A DNA stretch of 64,000 nt from Azolla caroliniana (taxonomy: Eukaryota > Plantae > Polypodiophyta), in NCBI GenBank assembly GCA_043228905.1, contig JBHGNT010000001.1:36208001-36272000 (forward strand). The letters are read 5' to 3'. The stretch's first letter is position 1, and every line of letters begins with the position of its first letter. This document shows, one piece after another, positions 1 through 12,762 of the stretch. The position numbers and the translations under genes were made by a program. The notes beneath the pieces were generated by a model. The model saw only the letters and a program-made list of their open reading frames with translations, was not told where the DNA came from and made no database searches.

Positions 1-1727
1 GATGTGAGTGCCTTTTTTACTCCGGGTGTCTGCATGATGGGTACACCAAACTCACTGTCTAGTGAGGGAGCCGATCCATTCGAATCATTGTCGTCGGGGT
101 GGTCGACTTCGTATTTGGGCATCTTACCTTTGCCTTTGTCCAAGTTCGTACTTGGCAGCGATGTGCTTGGGTCACGTGGAGATTCTTGTGGGCCACTAAG
201 CTCGATCGTAATCGGACTTTCTTCGTTCATATGCGCGAGTTGATCTTCGGCTTCTACCTCTTGTTCGGCGTAATCCGCATCGAGCGTAGTCAATGTCGAA
301 CAGGTCTTTGGTGCGTACCAGGATGCGTATTTGTCGAAGACTACGTCTCGACTTACGCAAACTTCTCGCATCGACGGGTTGTAGCACTTGTACGCCTTCT
401 TCTCGGACGAGTATCCTATGAGGATACATTCCTCCGACTTCGCGTCGCGCTTCTATCATTGTTCATTCGGGATGCGTACATTCGCAATGCTTCCGAACAC
501 CTTGACGTGCAACAGGATCGGCTTCATTCGGAAGAGGAGCTCGTATGGAGTTAGCTCATGGAATCCATTGGTGGTGCATTGATTCATGAGATAGACGGCC
601 GTGGATGCCACTTCGGCCCAATAGAAGTTCAGGATGTCCTTCTCATGCATCATGGCGCGTGCTACCTTGTTTATTTGCCGATTTTTCCTTTCGGCGACTT
701 CATTTTGTTGGGGTGTGTGTCGGCATGATAATTCTATCCGAAGGCCTTCACTTTGGAGGTAGGAGGTGAATTCGTTGGAGAAGTACTCCTTTCTCCATCT
801 GATCGTAGGCATCGAATGTGCCGACCGGTTTCTCTTTCAACTTGACGCTTGAGCTTTTAGAAGTGGGAGAACACTTCACTCTTCTTCTTCATCGGGTAGA
901 TGCACGCGTAGCGCGAGTGGTCGTCGATGAAGGTTATGTAGTATCAGCATCCGCCGATTGTCGGCGTTTGAGTCGGTCCCCATACATCCGAGTGTATGAC
1001 GTCAAGGAGGCCTTTGCTCGCGTGGCTCTCCTTCGAGAATGGGAGTCGATGTTGTTTGTCGAGGTGACACACTTCGCATACTCGGTCGACTCGTTTCGAC
1101 TCGAATGTCAGAAGTCCGATGACGACTCCCTTCGTTTGCATCGCTCGAAGCCGTTGGAGGTTTATGTGGCCAATTCTCTTGTGCCACAACTTGATGCTAG
1201 TCTCGGTTTTGAGACCTTTGGCGTACCTTGCCGATTTCACGTCGTTCGAATCGAGGATGAACATTCGGCCGTCTCTCCGCCCTTTCGCTATGAGTCAGCC
1301 ATCTTTCTCGATGAAACAACCTTCGTTGTTGAAGCGGACTTGAATGCCTTGCTCCATGATTTGGCCGACCAAGACCAAATTCTTCGTTATTGTAGGCACG
1401 TGCAAGACATTCTTGATGCAAGTTTGCTTGCCTTCTTTCCCGAATGGGACATTGCCGATGTGCCGAATGGGGTGCGTGGTGTCGTCTCCCGTCTCTATGA
1501 AGTCGGGTCGATCCGGCATTCGTAAATCACGAAACCACTCTTCGTGAGATGTCATGTGATGTGAGGCGCCGGAATTGACGAACCACACGTCTTCCGAGTT
1601 GGAGGTGCTTGCGGAGTTGGAGGCCGTCATAGAGTTCAATCTATGCCTTGTTACGAATAGTCCGTCGTAATCATTGTATTCGGAGTTGACGACGTAATTC
1701 GTGTGTTGTCGCCTTGTTGAAGCCGAC
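1..1727 (-). mobile_element. Degenerate Ty1/Copia element (host element H): protease, GAG-pre-integrase and integrase fragments; runs off the left edge of the window
   Basis: Broken minus-strand ORFs: EDVWFVNSGASHHMT (protease), LWHKRIGHIN..CEVC, HSDVWGP, HTPQQNEVAERKNR (integrase). It is interrupted at 1728 by Copia A. Confidence 0.9.
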
Positions 1728-2106
1728 TGTTGAGAATCAAGCTCAACTTGGTCTAGTGTGTGAACTCACCTTGAGAGTGAAGAGACACTCCAACGATCAA
1801 GAGTCACCATTATGTCACCACTTTGTATTCTAGCATTTAGTATGAGTCATAGATTCATATTCTATGACACATAACTTATGAGCTTTCACATTCCCCATGC
1901 TCCATGAGTCTTGTAGTTAATGAAGAGAGAGGGTGACTACATAAAGCACCCTCCTCCCACCTTGTATAGTGTTGAGTCTTTCTCCTTTGTCAATATACTT
2001 TTACCTTGCGTATTCCTTGTCTCTCTCTCACTCTCTCTCTCTCTCATACACACACATAACTCATATCTCTTCCACTTCACAAGAATCTATCTCTTGATTC
2101 TTTACA
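1728..2106 (+). repeat. 5' LTR of Copia A (379 bp)
   Basis: TGTTGAGAATCAAG...TCTTTACA, repeated at 6992-7372. Confidence 0.95.
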
Positions 2107-2118
2107 TGGTATCAGAGC
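2107..2118 (+). other. Primer-binding site (initiator tRNA-Met) of Copia A
   Basis: TGGTATCAGAGC immediately after the LTR. Confidence 0.93.
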
Positions 2119-2271
2119 GATTAGGTAGCTCGATCTAGCCCATTCACCTCATTGTGATCGTGTGTTGTGTTCTATGCCGACGACCAAGAACCGGCTCATA
2201 GCTATCGTAGTTTCGCTACATAGCTCGCATTCGAAGAGAGAAGAAGAAGAAGAAGAAGAAGAATCGACTTA

Positions 2272-5200
2272 ATGAATACTCAAATGGGGAGCGCTCTCCC
2301 TACCGAGAAGTTGGATCGAAACAACTTCGCATCTTGGGAGTACAAGATGCACCAATACCTTGTCGGACAAGGCTATTCGAGCTACATCAAAGGAGCGCAT
2401 GAAGACCGACCCGCTGAAGCGGCTCCCGGATACGCGACATGGGAGCAAGCCGAAAGCCGCGTGATGTATTGTTTGGCGACATGTGTTCACGACCACATGC
2501 TCGGTTACATTCGAGAAGCCAAGACGCCAAAGGAAGCGTGGGAAAATCTACGAAAGATTTTTGCTGCCAACACGACCACGAGGAAGCTTCAACTCCACCA
2601 AGAGTTGAACAACATTCAACAAAGGGACACGTCCATCACGACATACACCTTGAAGATCAAGGAGCTTTGCGACTCGCTCGGCTCAATAAGCGTAAGTATA
2701 GATGATGATAAGATGGTGCAAATATGCCTCGGCGGCCTCGCACCTCGGTTCGGCGCAATGCGAACTGCCGTTCTAGCACGGGAGAAATCTCCCTCCTTCT
2801 TCGAGCTCCAATCAATGCTATTGGTCAAAGAAAACCACGTGCATACAAGGAGCAATGAGTCGGAAGGCCACATGCTCTACACGCACTCTAATGGAGGAAG
2901 AGGACGCGGACGAGCGAGAGGCCAATTCGGCCAAGGACAAGGCGGACGAGGTCCGACCTACAACAACAACTCCCAATTTCGGCCGCAAAACGGAGGCCAA
3001 CGAGGAACCTTCACAAGAAGAGGGAGCTTCCACTCCGGCCCGAGCCGTCAAAACGCAACCGAATGTGGATATTGTGGAAAGCTCATCCACCACGAAGAAG
3101 AGTGCCGAAAGAAGATGCGTGAATCCGCTTCCACAAGCCAACAACTCACGAATTACGCACACAACTACGACTACGAAGATCGTGCCGGAATGTATTCGCA
3201 CAACTCCGACCGTGGCGAAATGTACGGGCACAACTCCGACTACGAAGATCGTGGCGGAATGTATGCGCACAACTCCAACCGTGGCGAAATGTTCATGATG
3301 AAACATAGAGCAAACTCTATGTCGGCCGCCACCTCAACTAGTGCCTCCGGTCTGGAAGACGTATGGTTCGTCCAATCCGGTGCCTCGAACCATATGACAT
3401 CGCATCAAGAATGGTTCCGAGAACTTCGAGAGCCGGACCAACCCGGCTATTTCGAAACCGGAGACGACACTACGCACCCGATTCAGCACATTGGCAATGT
3501 TCCGCTTGGAAAAGAAGGTAAGAAAAATTACATTAAAAATGTCTTGCATGTACCGACCATTACGAAGAATTTGGTCTCCGTCGCCCAAATTGTAGAGCAA
3601 GGGATGCAAGTTCGATTTAATCAAGGCGTTTGCTTCATCGGAAAAGAGGGCCGACTCATCACATGCGGACGAAGAGAGGGCCGGATGTTCATTCTCGATT
3701 CACGCGAGATGAAATCAGCCATGTTTGCGAAAAACACGAAAGCCGACTCCGACATAGAGCTATGGCACAAGCGAATCGGCCACATCAATCTCAACAAACT
3801 CAAAGCAATGAAATCGAAAGGAGTCGTCATCGGACTCCCGACATTCAAAGAGAAGGAGATTGAAGGTGTATGCGAAGCGTGCCAATTTGGCAAGCAACAC
3901 CGACACCCATTCCCGAAAGAGCGGAACGTGAGCAAAGGTCTACCCGATGCGGCAAAAGAGCGAAGTGTTCGAACACTTCCAAACATTCAAGAATGAAGTC
4001 GCGAAAGCCACGGGCCGACATGTACGTTATCTTCGATCGGATGGCGGCAAGGAGTACTTCTCCGACGATTTCACGACGTATCTCCGAAAGGAAGGAATTC
4101 GGCGAGAATTGACTTGCCGACACACTCCGCAACAAAACGGGGTAGCCGAGCGCAAAAATCGGCACATCCTCGAAGTAGCGTGGGCCATGATGAACGAGAA
4201 GCATATGCCCAAGTCATATTGGGCCGAAGCTGCAAATACGGCCGTCTACCTAATGAACCGATGCACAACATCCGGCGTGCACGAGGTCACTCTACACGAA
4301 AAATACTTCGGAAAGAAGCCGGACTTATCGCACATCTGGATATTCGGTGCGATATCGTACATGCACATCCCCGACAAGAAGCGTCAAAAGCTTGACCCGA
4401 AGTCGGAGAAATGTATCCTCGTAGGATACTCATTGGAGCAAAAGGGGTACAAGTACTACAACCCCTCAACTCGAAAATCTTGAGTAAGTCAAGACGTCGT
4501 TTTTGACGAGTCCGCATCCTGGTACGCACCAGAGACAACTCCGACTCCGACTCCGCTCGACTCAGAATTCTCCGAACAAGAGATCGAGGATGAAGATCGC
4601 CTTATGCGCATGTTTGAAGAAAGTCCAATCACAACCCGACTGAGCGGACCACAAGAGCCTTTGAGCGATCAAAGCACATCACGGCCTAGTCCGAAGATGG
4701 ACAAAGGCAAGGCGAAAATGGCGGAATACGAAGACGATCGCTTCGACGACGATGAGTCAACTCACTCACTCGACAGTGAGTTCGGCGACTTCGAGGTACC
4801 AATCGGAGCTAAGAAAGCCCTCATCTCTACAAATGAAAAACTCCGCCGATCCACCCGTGAAAAGAACCCCGTAAGCCGATTCGGCTACAACGATTATATG
4901 GCGTACCATTACGCCTTTATGATGAAGGTAGCGACATTACGGGAGCCGGAAACCTTTTCGGAAGCCGCAAAGGACCCGCGATGGATCGAAGCAATGAACA
5001 AGGAGATGCAGGCACTACAGAAGAACGAGACGTGGGATCTCGTTTCCACCTCACCGCACAAAAAGGCGATCGGATGCAGATGGATCTACAAGGTGAAGTA
5101 TAACGTTGATGGCTCCGTAAACCGCTACAACACTCGACTCGTAGCGAAAGGATACGCTCTGACGCATGGCGTCGACTACGAAGAGACCTTTGCCCCGGTG

Positions 5201-6622
5201 GCAAAGATGACGACGGTGCGGACCGTAATTGCGCTTGCCACGGCAAAATGGTGGCACCTCCATCAAATGGACGTCAAGAACGCCTTTCTACAAGGCGAAT
5301 TAGAAGGGGAGGTGTACATGATACGCTCAGACGCATGGCGTCGACTCGTAGCGAAAGGATACGCTCTGACGCATGGCGTCGACTACGAAGAGACCTTTGC
5401 CCCGGTGGCAAAGATGACGACGGTGCGGACCGTAATTGCGCTTGCCACGGCAAAATGGTGGCACCTCCATCAAATGGACGTCAAGAACGCCTTTCTACAA
5501 GGCGAATTAGAAGGGGAGGTGTACATGATACAACCAGCCGGCTTCAATTCGAGCACCCATCCGAAAGTTGTATGCCGACTCAAGAAGCCACTCTATGGCC
5601 TCAAGCAAGCACCGCGTGCTTGGCATTTGAAGATAACACAATATCTTCATCAAATCGGCTTCCGTATGTCAAAATCGAACAACTCCCTCTACATACGAAG
5701 CGATTCCGCAAGTCCAATCGTCATCATCTTATATGTGGATGACCTAGTCATTGGAGGTGAGCATCTCGTCGAAATCAATAAGGTCAAATCACTCCTTTCC
5801 GACAAGTTCGAGATGACGGACATGAAGGAGCTCCACTACTTCCTCGGCATCAAGGTAATTCGGACTCCGGCCGGAATCATGATCTCTCAACGACACTACA
5901 TCCTCAACTTGCTATACAAGTTCGGGATGGCTGAGTGCAAAACCATGGCAACCCCACTCGATCGCAATCTCAAACTAGATGCGAACTCCGGGACCAAAGC
6001 GTGTGAGCCGACTCAGTATCGGCAACTCATCGGGAGTCTCATCTATCTCACGATCACTCAACCCGATCTCAATTATCCGGTCGGTCTCCTTAGTCAATTC
6101 ATGCAAACACTGCGTGATACTCACTTGGATTGCGCTAAGCGAGTTCTACGGTACGTGAGCGGCACAATGGATGGCAACATCCTCTACAAGACCGCAATGC
6201 CAATACGCCTCGAGGGGTACACAGACGCTGATTGGGCCGGCTACAAAGCCGATAGAAGATCAACCTCCGGATTTGTTTTCTCCCTCGGCAGCGGAGCAAT
6301 ATCCTGGAGTAGCAAGAAACAGCCTACCGTCGCTCTTTCGAGTACAGAGGCGGAATACAGGGGCGCAGTCGTAGCTGCGTGTGAAGCCGTATGGGTTAAG
6401 AGGATTTTGAAGGATCTGGGCGTACCCATCAAAGATCCGACTTCCCTTTACTGTGACAACATGAGCAGTATCTATCTGGCTCGGAACCCGGTGTTCCACG
6501 CGCGGACAAAGCACATCGAAGTGCACTATCACTTCATCCGAGAGCGTGTCCTAGCTGGCGATGTCGACCTACAATACATTAGCACCAACCTTCAAACAAC
6601 TGACATCTTCACCAATGCCTGA
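2272..6622 (+). pseudogene. Copia A gag-pol polyprotein, disrupted
   Basis: UBN2-type gag, zinc knuckle CGYCGKLIHHEEEC, protease WFVQSGAS (catalytic D lost), integrase with a deletion/frameshift near 3940, stop at 4481-4483, RT (YVDD) with an internal duplication, RNase H (DADW, TEAEY, YCDN). Confidence 0.92.
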
Positions 6623-6991
6623 GGAGCCGACAAGCTATGGCAATTCATGACCGATCTCGGATTGACGATCCCTGACCTGCCAAGCTTGAGGAGGAGTACT
6701 GAAGACACTACGCAATAACGCGTAGATTCCGCAACCACGCACTACGCAACAAAGCCGCGAAGAAAGACCAAGCTGAAGCACAGACTTGGCAACTACACAC
6801 GCAAGCCGAAGCACAGACTTCGCAAGTACGCACACAAGCCGAAACACAGACTTCGTAACTACGCACAACACAAGTTAGAGCACAAATTCCGCAACTCCGC
6901 ATAAATGCGAGTCGAAGCGGACTCCAGAACGCAAGCTGAAGCGGATTTCGCATACCGTCTAAAACCGACCCGACTTGAGCTTGAGGGGGCG

Positions 6992-7372
6992 TGTTGAGAA
7001 TCAAGCTCAACTTGGTCTAGTGTGTGAACTCACCTTGAGAGTGAAAAGACACTCCAACGGTCAAGAGTCACCATTATGTCACCACTTTGTATTCTAGCAT
7101 TTAGTATGAGTCATAGATTCATATTCTATGACACATAACTTATGAGCTTTCACATTCCCCATGCTCCATGAGTCTTGTAGTTAATGAAGAGAGAGGGTGA
7201 CTACATAAAGCACCCTCCTCCCACCTTGTATAGTGTTGAGTCTTTCTCCTAAATGTCAATATACTTTTACCTTGCGTATTCCTTGTCTCTCTCACACTCT
7301 CTCTCTCTCTCATACACACACATAACTCATATCTCTTCCGCTTCACAAGAATCCATCTCTTGATTCTTTACA
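6992..7372 (+). repeat. 3' LTR of Copia A (381 bp)
   Basis: Near-identical to 1728-2106 and preceded by the PPT. Confidence 0.95.
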
Positions 7373-7377
7373 ACGAC

Positions 7378-7549
7378 TCACTTCTCTTTTTCCGACACTC
7401 CGCCTCGTAGTGGCCGACTTTGCCGCAATAATTGCAAGTTGTGGGCCTCGTTTGCCGACCTTGTTCGGCGTGGGAGCTCCCCCTTCTTCCGAAGGTTCCT
7501 CGATGGCTTCCATGAAGGTTTGAGTTCCCTTCGCGTGATGGGTCGAATT
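7378..7549 (-). mobile_element. Continuation of host Copia H (gag zinc knuckle)
   Basis: Encodes CNYCGKVGHYEAECRKKRSES, which joins sequence left of 1728 once Copia A is removed. Confidence 0.85.
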
Positions 7550-8774
7550 TGACGAAAAATATGCAGAATAATCTTCGGCCACAACTGAAGCGTAGATCAC
7601 TTGATGACAATCAAACACAGAAGAAATGGGAATGGAGGTATGTACACAACCAGGAAGAGAATACACATGATGTTAATGTGGAAAACCCTAAGAGGGAAAA
7701 ACCACGGGAGTCCACAAACTCCAAACTATCACTATGTCAGAGAGTACAACGGGGAGCATAAAGGCACCGACTTCTTGCTCACAATCTTCGCCTGCCGGCG
7801 GTTACAATAGAGAAATGCTTTGTATCGCTCTCTCTCACTCTCTCTGTACAGTCGTTACGCAAATTACCTTATACGAAGATAACAACAGCAACTATAATAC
7901 ATTACACTGTTTGCCCTAGGTCACATTTATACTAATATGACATTAGGACTATTTACAGATATAGCCCCAATGGGCTCTCAGAAACATATCTATATATATG
8001 TGCCTTCATCCGGTGAGAGGTTCTCACCGGGCCTGCAACATCCGGTTCTCACCGGGTCTTCTTTCTCCTCTGTGTGGATCTTCGTCAGCACGAACTCTCG
8101 GTCTTCTACTTACTCCCGAATCCAGTGGTATATCCGCTTTATGTGCTTCGTCCTGGAATGATATGTTGCGTTCTTCGCAAGGTGGATGGCACTTTGACTG
8201 TCGCAATAGAGCCGGTATTCCTCTTGCCGCATCCCTAGCTCTTCGATGAAGTCCTTCATCCATAGTATTTCCTTGCCGGCTTCCACAACCGCCATGTACT
8301 CCGCTTCCGTGGTTGACAACGCAACCGTCTTCTGCAGCCTCGATTGCCACGAAACAGCTCCCCCCGCATATGTCATGACATATCCGGATGTTGACTAGTT
8401 GGTATCCGCATCAGCCGACATATCCGAATCGGTGAAACCGTCAAGTTGGGGTTTACTAGAGCCGAATCGGAGACACATACTTGAGGTGCCTCTCAAGTAT
8501 CAGAGTATCCACTTTACCGCATTCTAGTGCTCCTTGTCGGGAATGCTCATAAACTGGCTCACCACTACGATTGCATATCTGATATCCGGTCGGGTACACA
8601 CCATTGCGTACATTAGGCTCCCAACGGCAAAGGCATATGGTATCTTCATCATATCCGCCTTCTCTGCCTTTGTCTTTGGGCTTTGCTTACCGGATAACCT
8701 GCAGTTTGCCGTAAGTGTCGATCCGACCGGTTTCGCATCTCACATGTTGAACCGTTGAAGCACCTTTGTAACGT

Positions 8775-9050
8775 TGTCGTGAAGAATTTCAGCCATAGGC
8801 GAAAACCGGGAAACATTGTCTACATCGGCGGGGTGCAGCGTGTGTACGCACCCATGTACATTTGGTGTGAATATCGAGGGCGCCTTTATGTCGCCGAAGA
8901 GTAGTTAAGTCGGGACAGACAATCCCATGTAAGTCGGGATTTGTCCCACATTGTAACGCATCCCTTTCCTTGTTCTATAAAAGGAAGGGAACGCCCTTTT
9001 TAGGGTTAGGTTTAGGGTTAGGTTTCTTCTACTTCTTCTTCTTCCCCTTC
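8775..9050. mobile_element. Truncated LTR of the TGTCGTGAAG Gypsy family inserted in Copia B RT
   Basis: Begins TGTCGTGAAG right after ACGT; TATAAAAGG plus TTAGGG-like motifs as in 10733-11455; the right end was lost together with adjacent RT sequence. Confidence 0.7.
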
Positions 9051-10732
9051 GTTCAACCAGTAGAGGCTCTTTTTTTAACCAGCAAACCATGTGCTCCTTC
9101 CCTTTCTTCACAAATCCCTCCGGTTGCTGCATGTAGATCTCCTCTTCGAGGTCATCGTGGAGGAACACCGTCTTCACGTCTAACTGCTCTACCTCGAGGT
9201 CCATGCTTGCCGCTATGCTCAGCACCGTCCGGATGGAATTCATCTTTACTACCAGGGCAAATATCTCGTCGAAGTCCACACCCTTCTTCTACTAGAACCC
9301 CTTCACCACGATCCTGGCTTTGTACCTTGGAGGGTTGTCAGCATCTCCCGGTTTCAACTAGTACACCCACTTGTTTCGGAGTGCCCTCTTTCCTTTCGGC
9401 AACTCCACCAATTCATACATGTGGTTCTCATGCAGGGAATCCATCTCGTCCTGCATGGCACTCAACCACTTGTGGCTATGGGTGTCATCCTTCGCCTCTT
9501 CGAAGCTTTTCGGCTCCCCCTCATCGATCAGCAACACATGCTCTGCATTCGGAAAATCTCCGGGGGGGCCTTCTCTCTCTGAGAGGATATCTCTGTCTTT
9601 GGCTTTCGGCAACCGGCTCCTCTATTTGTTCTTCATCCGAATCCGATTCGGGGTCTTGGTCGGTTCCGGTTTCAGCTTCCTCTACTTCTTCTACCAGTTC
9701 GGTATCCTCACCGTAACCGGCTGGTTCCTGGAGTGTCAACCGACTCTTAGCCGGGTGGGTCTGAATCTCATCGGAGTTCATTATCTTCTTCTCCGACTCT
9801 CAGTCATCAAGAGTCTTGTCCTCCATGAAGATAATATCTCGGCTCCGGAAAACCTTCTTGTCAACAGGATCCCACACTCGATAGCCGAACTCATCATCGC
9901 CGTATCCGAGGAATATGCATGGCCGGGTCTTTGGATCCAACTTTCCTCTCCGGTCCTTAGCAACATGTACGTACGCGAGACACCCGAACACCTTCAAATG
10001 CCGGTAGGACACTTCCTTACCGGTCCACACCTTTTGCAGCGTGTCTCCATCCAAGGGCACTGAGGGTGATCTATTTATCACATACGTCGTTGTCGACAGC
10101 GCCACAGCCCAAAACGTCTTGGGTAGTTTAGCATGTGCTAGCATACTCTAGACCCTCTCCATTATGGTCTGGTTCATCCTCTCGGCTAGCCCGTTTAGTT
10201 CCGGCGTCTTCGGCACGGTAAATTCGAGCCGAATTCCCTTCGAGCGACAGTACTCCTTGAACTGCCCCCGGTATTCCTCTCTGTTGTCTGCTCGAATCGC
10301 CTTCAGCTTCCATCCGGTTTCTCTTTCCACTCTTGCATGGAGCTCCTTGAAGACGGATAACACCTGATCCTTCGTCTTCAACGGTGTGGCCCACAGCCTC
10401 CTGTTGTGGTCATCTATGAACGTCACGAAGTACTGCGCTCCGGCATGCAACTTCGTGTCCACTTGACACGCATCGATATGCACCAACTCCAATGGTGCAT
10501 TACATCTCATCTATGGCCTTGATTGGAAGGAGGTCCGGTTTTGTTTACCGGCTAGGCAGTCGGTGCACCTCTCAAGATGCACGTTCTTCACCGGAATGAG
10601 GTTATCATCGGCAAGCCTCTTCATCCCCTTCACGCTCATGTGACACAGTCTCTTGTGCCACAGCTCACCGGTAGTGTCGGAAGTCACGTTCACTTCTTCC
10701 GGGCATAACCGGGCATTCATCAGGTACAACGT

Positions 10733-11455
10733 TGTCGTGAAGATTTTCGTCCACGAGCGGAAACCCGAGCAACGAGAGCCAAAGAGCGATGTGCAACGTT
10801 GCATACGTACATAATGTATTTGTAATAATAATAGGGGAAAAGGGTATGGTGCTAGAAATGCCCCATAAGATCCCTAAGGTATAAAGGCGATGTGGTCTTG
10901 TGCGCACATCCACGCGAGAGAGAGAGAGAGAGAGAGAGAGGTACTATGTGGTACATAGGTACCTAGTTGTTTGTGTGGAGGTGAGAGTTATGGGCCATCA
11001 ATCTCACCCTCCCCAAATCAAGGCAAATATCCCCTTTTGAATGAAAGGGGATATTTTAGTCTCACTTTTGTAAACGGTCTTCCCTCCTTGTGCTATAAAA
11101 GGAGAGGGAAGGCACCATTGTGGGGGTTGCCTATTTTGAGTGTGCGAGGTATACCACATAGGTCGAGCGTTAGGGTTAGGGTTTCTTTATCTTTATCTCA
11201 TCTTCGTCGGTTAGGGTTTCAAGTAGTCGTTTGGTGCGGCCTATGCAGCCACCATTTTGTAATCGTTCATTTCGTTTTAATACATCTTGTTGATCATCTT
11301 GTCTCCATCTTCCTCTTGTTCGATCTAATCTCTTGTTCATTCTTCTTCTTCTTGAGCAAAGCTTCCATTCCATGTCCGATTCCTTCTCCTCTACTCCTTA
11401 GTCCAAGACCCCCGTGGTCCCGCCCTTCTCCACGCACGCGCGTAGCAACGTGACA
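10733..11455. mobile_element. Solo LTR (723 bp) of the TGTCGTGAAG Gypsy family
   Basis: TGTC...GACA ends and 4-bp TSD ACGT (10729-10732 / 11456-11459). Removing it restores the Copia B frame (ARARKVNTLYLMN). Confidence 0.85.
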
Positions 11456-12383
11456 ACGTGTTGACCTTCCGGGCCCGAGCCACTATCAAGCTCCCTTTGT
11501 CAACCACACGTCTCCTATGCCAACAATTCGGCATGTACCTTCATTCCCCATCTGGACACAGTCGTGATCACCGGTTGTGTAGGATGAGAACCATTTCCGG
11601 TCCAGGGTAAGGTGGAACGACGCTCCGGAATCGACAACCCACGTTGTCTCGTCACCAGCAAGGTTCAACTCACTCTCCTCGGTGATGAGCATCAACTCTT
11701 CTTCACTTGCCATGATTGTCGTCGTTCCCTTCCGGTCCGGTCCCCTCCGGTCTTTACCGTTCCGGTCCGGTGTCCGCTTCGAATCGGTACTGTCGGTTTC
11801 GTTGTCTTTTCGGAAGTGCCGACAGTTCTTCTGGAAGTGTCCCGGCTTTGCCGCAATAGAAGTAAGTAGGCCTCCCCCTTGACTTTGACCGTGTCCCCGA
11901 CTTTTCCCAGTTCTGGGGACTACGGTTCCTTTGTCTTCCGCGTTCCGATTCGGTAAGGAGCGCTTTGGAGTCGGAACTCGTATCCTTGTCTTTACGACGC
12001 GCCTCCTCATCTAGCAAGCTCGACTTCACGCTTGCTAGGGATAACTGTTTCCCTTCCGGCCCGGCGTTGCTCTGATACCAGATTGACAGAAATATGCGGA
12101 ATAATGCTCAGCCCCAACTGAGACTTCAATCAATTCGTTAGAATCACAACCACAGAATAAATGGGCAATGAAGGTAAATGCACATATACACAGACAATAT
12201 GAGAGAGGGTACACAGTATGTTAACGTGGAAAACCTTGAGAGGGAAAAACCACGGGAGCCCACAGACTCCAAACTATCACTATGCCAAAAGAATACAACA
12301 GAGGGGCACAGAGGCAACGACCTCGTGCTCACTCTCTTCGCCTGGAGGCGGTTACAACAGAGAATCACTCTGTGTGTGTGTGT

Positions 12384-12428
<45 letters not shown>

Positions 12429-12762
12429 ACACTCTGTACAGCAGTTACTCATACAATAACTCTATACAACGATAATGACAACAACCATTGTATACACTCT
12501 GTTTGCCCTAGGTCATATTTATACTAATATGACTTTAGGACTATTTACAAATATAGCCCCAATGGGCTCTCAAAAACATATTTCCATATATGTCCCTTTA
12601 TCCGGTGAGAGGTTCTCACCAAGCTTGCATCATCCTGTTCTCACCGGGTTTTCCTTGCCAAGTACTCATCATCAGGTTCTCACCAGGTCTTCCGTTGACG
12701 AGTACTTGTATCCCATCCAGAGGGACCGAAATCCTAACATATAATTGCATGGGTCAAGTACT

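Larger units (their letters stand above)
1728..7372 (+). mobile_element. Full-length but defective Ty1/Copia LTR retrotransposon (Copia A), inserted antisense into host H
   Basis: LTRs 1728-2106 and 6992-7372 (TG..CA, a few substitutions and indels); PBS TGGTATCAGAGC at 2107-2118; PPT GAGGGGGCG at 6983-6991; flanks CCGAC/ACGAC (4 of 5 match as a TSD); domain order gag-PR-IN-RT-RH. Confidence 0.95.
7550..12739 (-). mobile_element. Degenerate, probably chimeric Tnt1/Tork-like Copia element (Copia B), related to Copia C
   Basis: LTR-like 7550-~8060 (truncated) and 12084-12739; PBS (iMet) at 12069-12080; RNase H (TEAEY), RT, integrase and protease (VVDSGAS) fragments collinear with 41757-45815; several deletions; no shared TSD. 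Confidence 0.88.
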
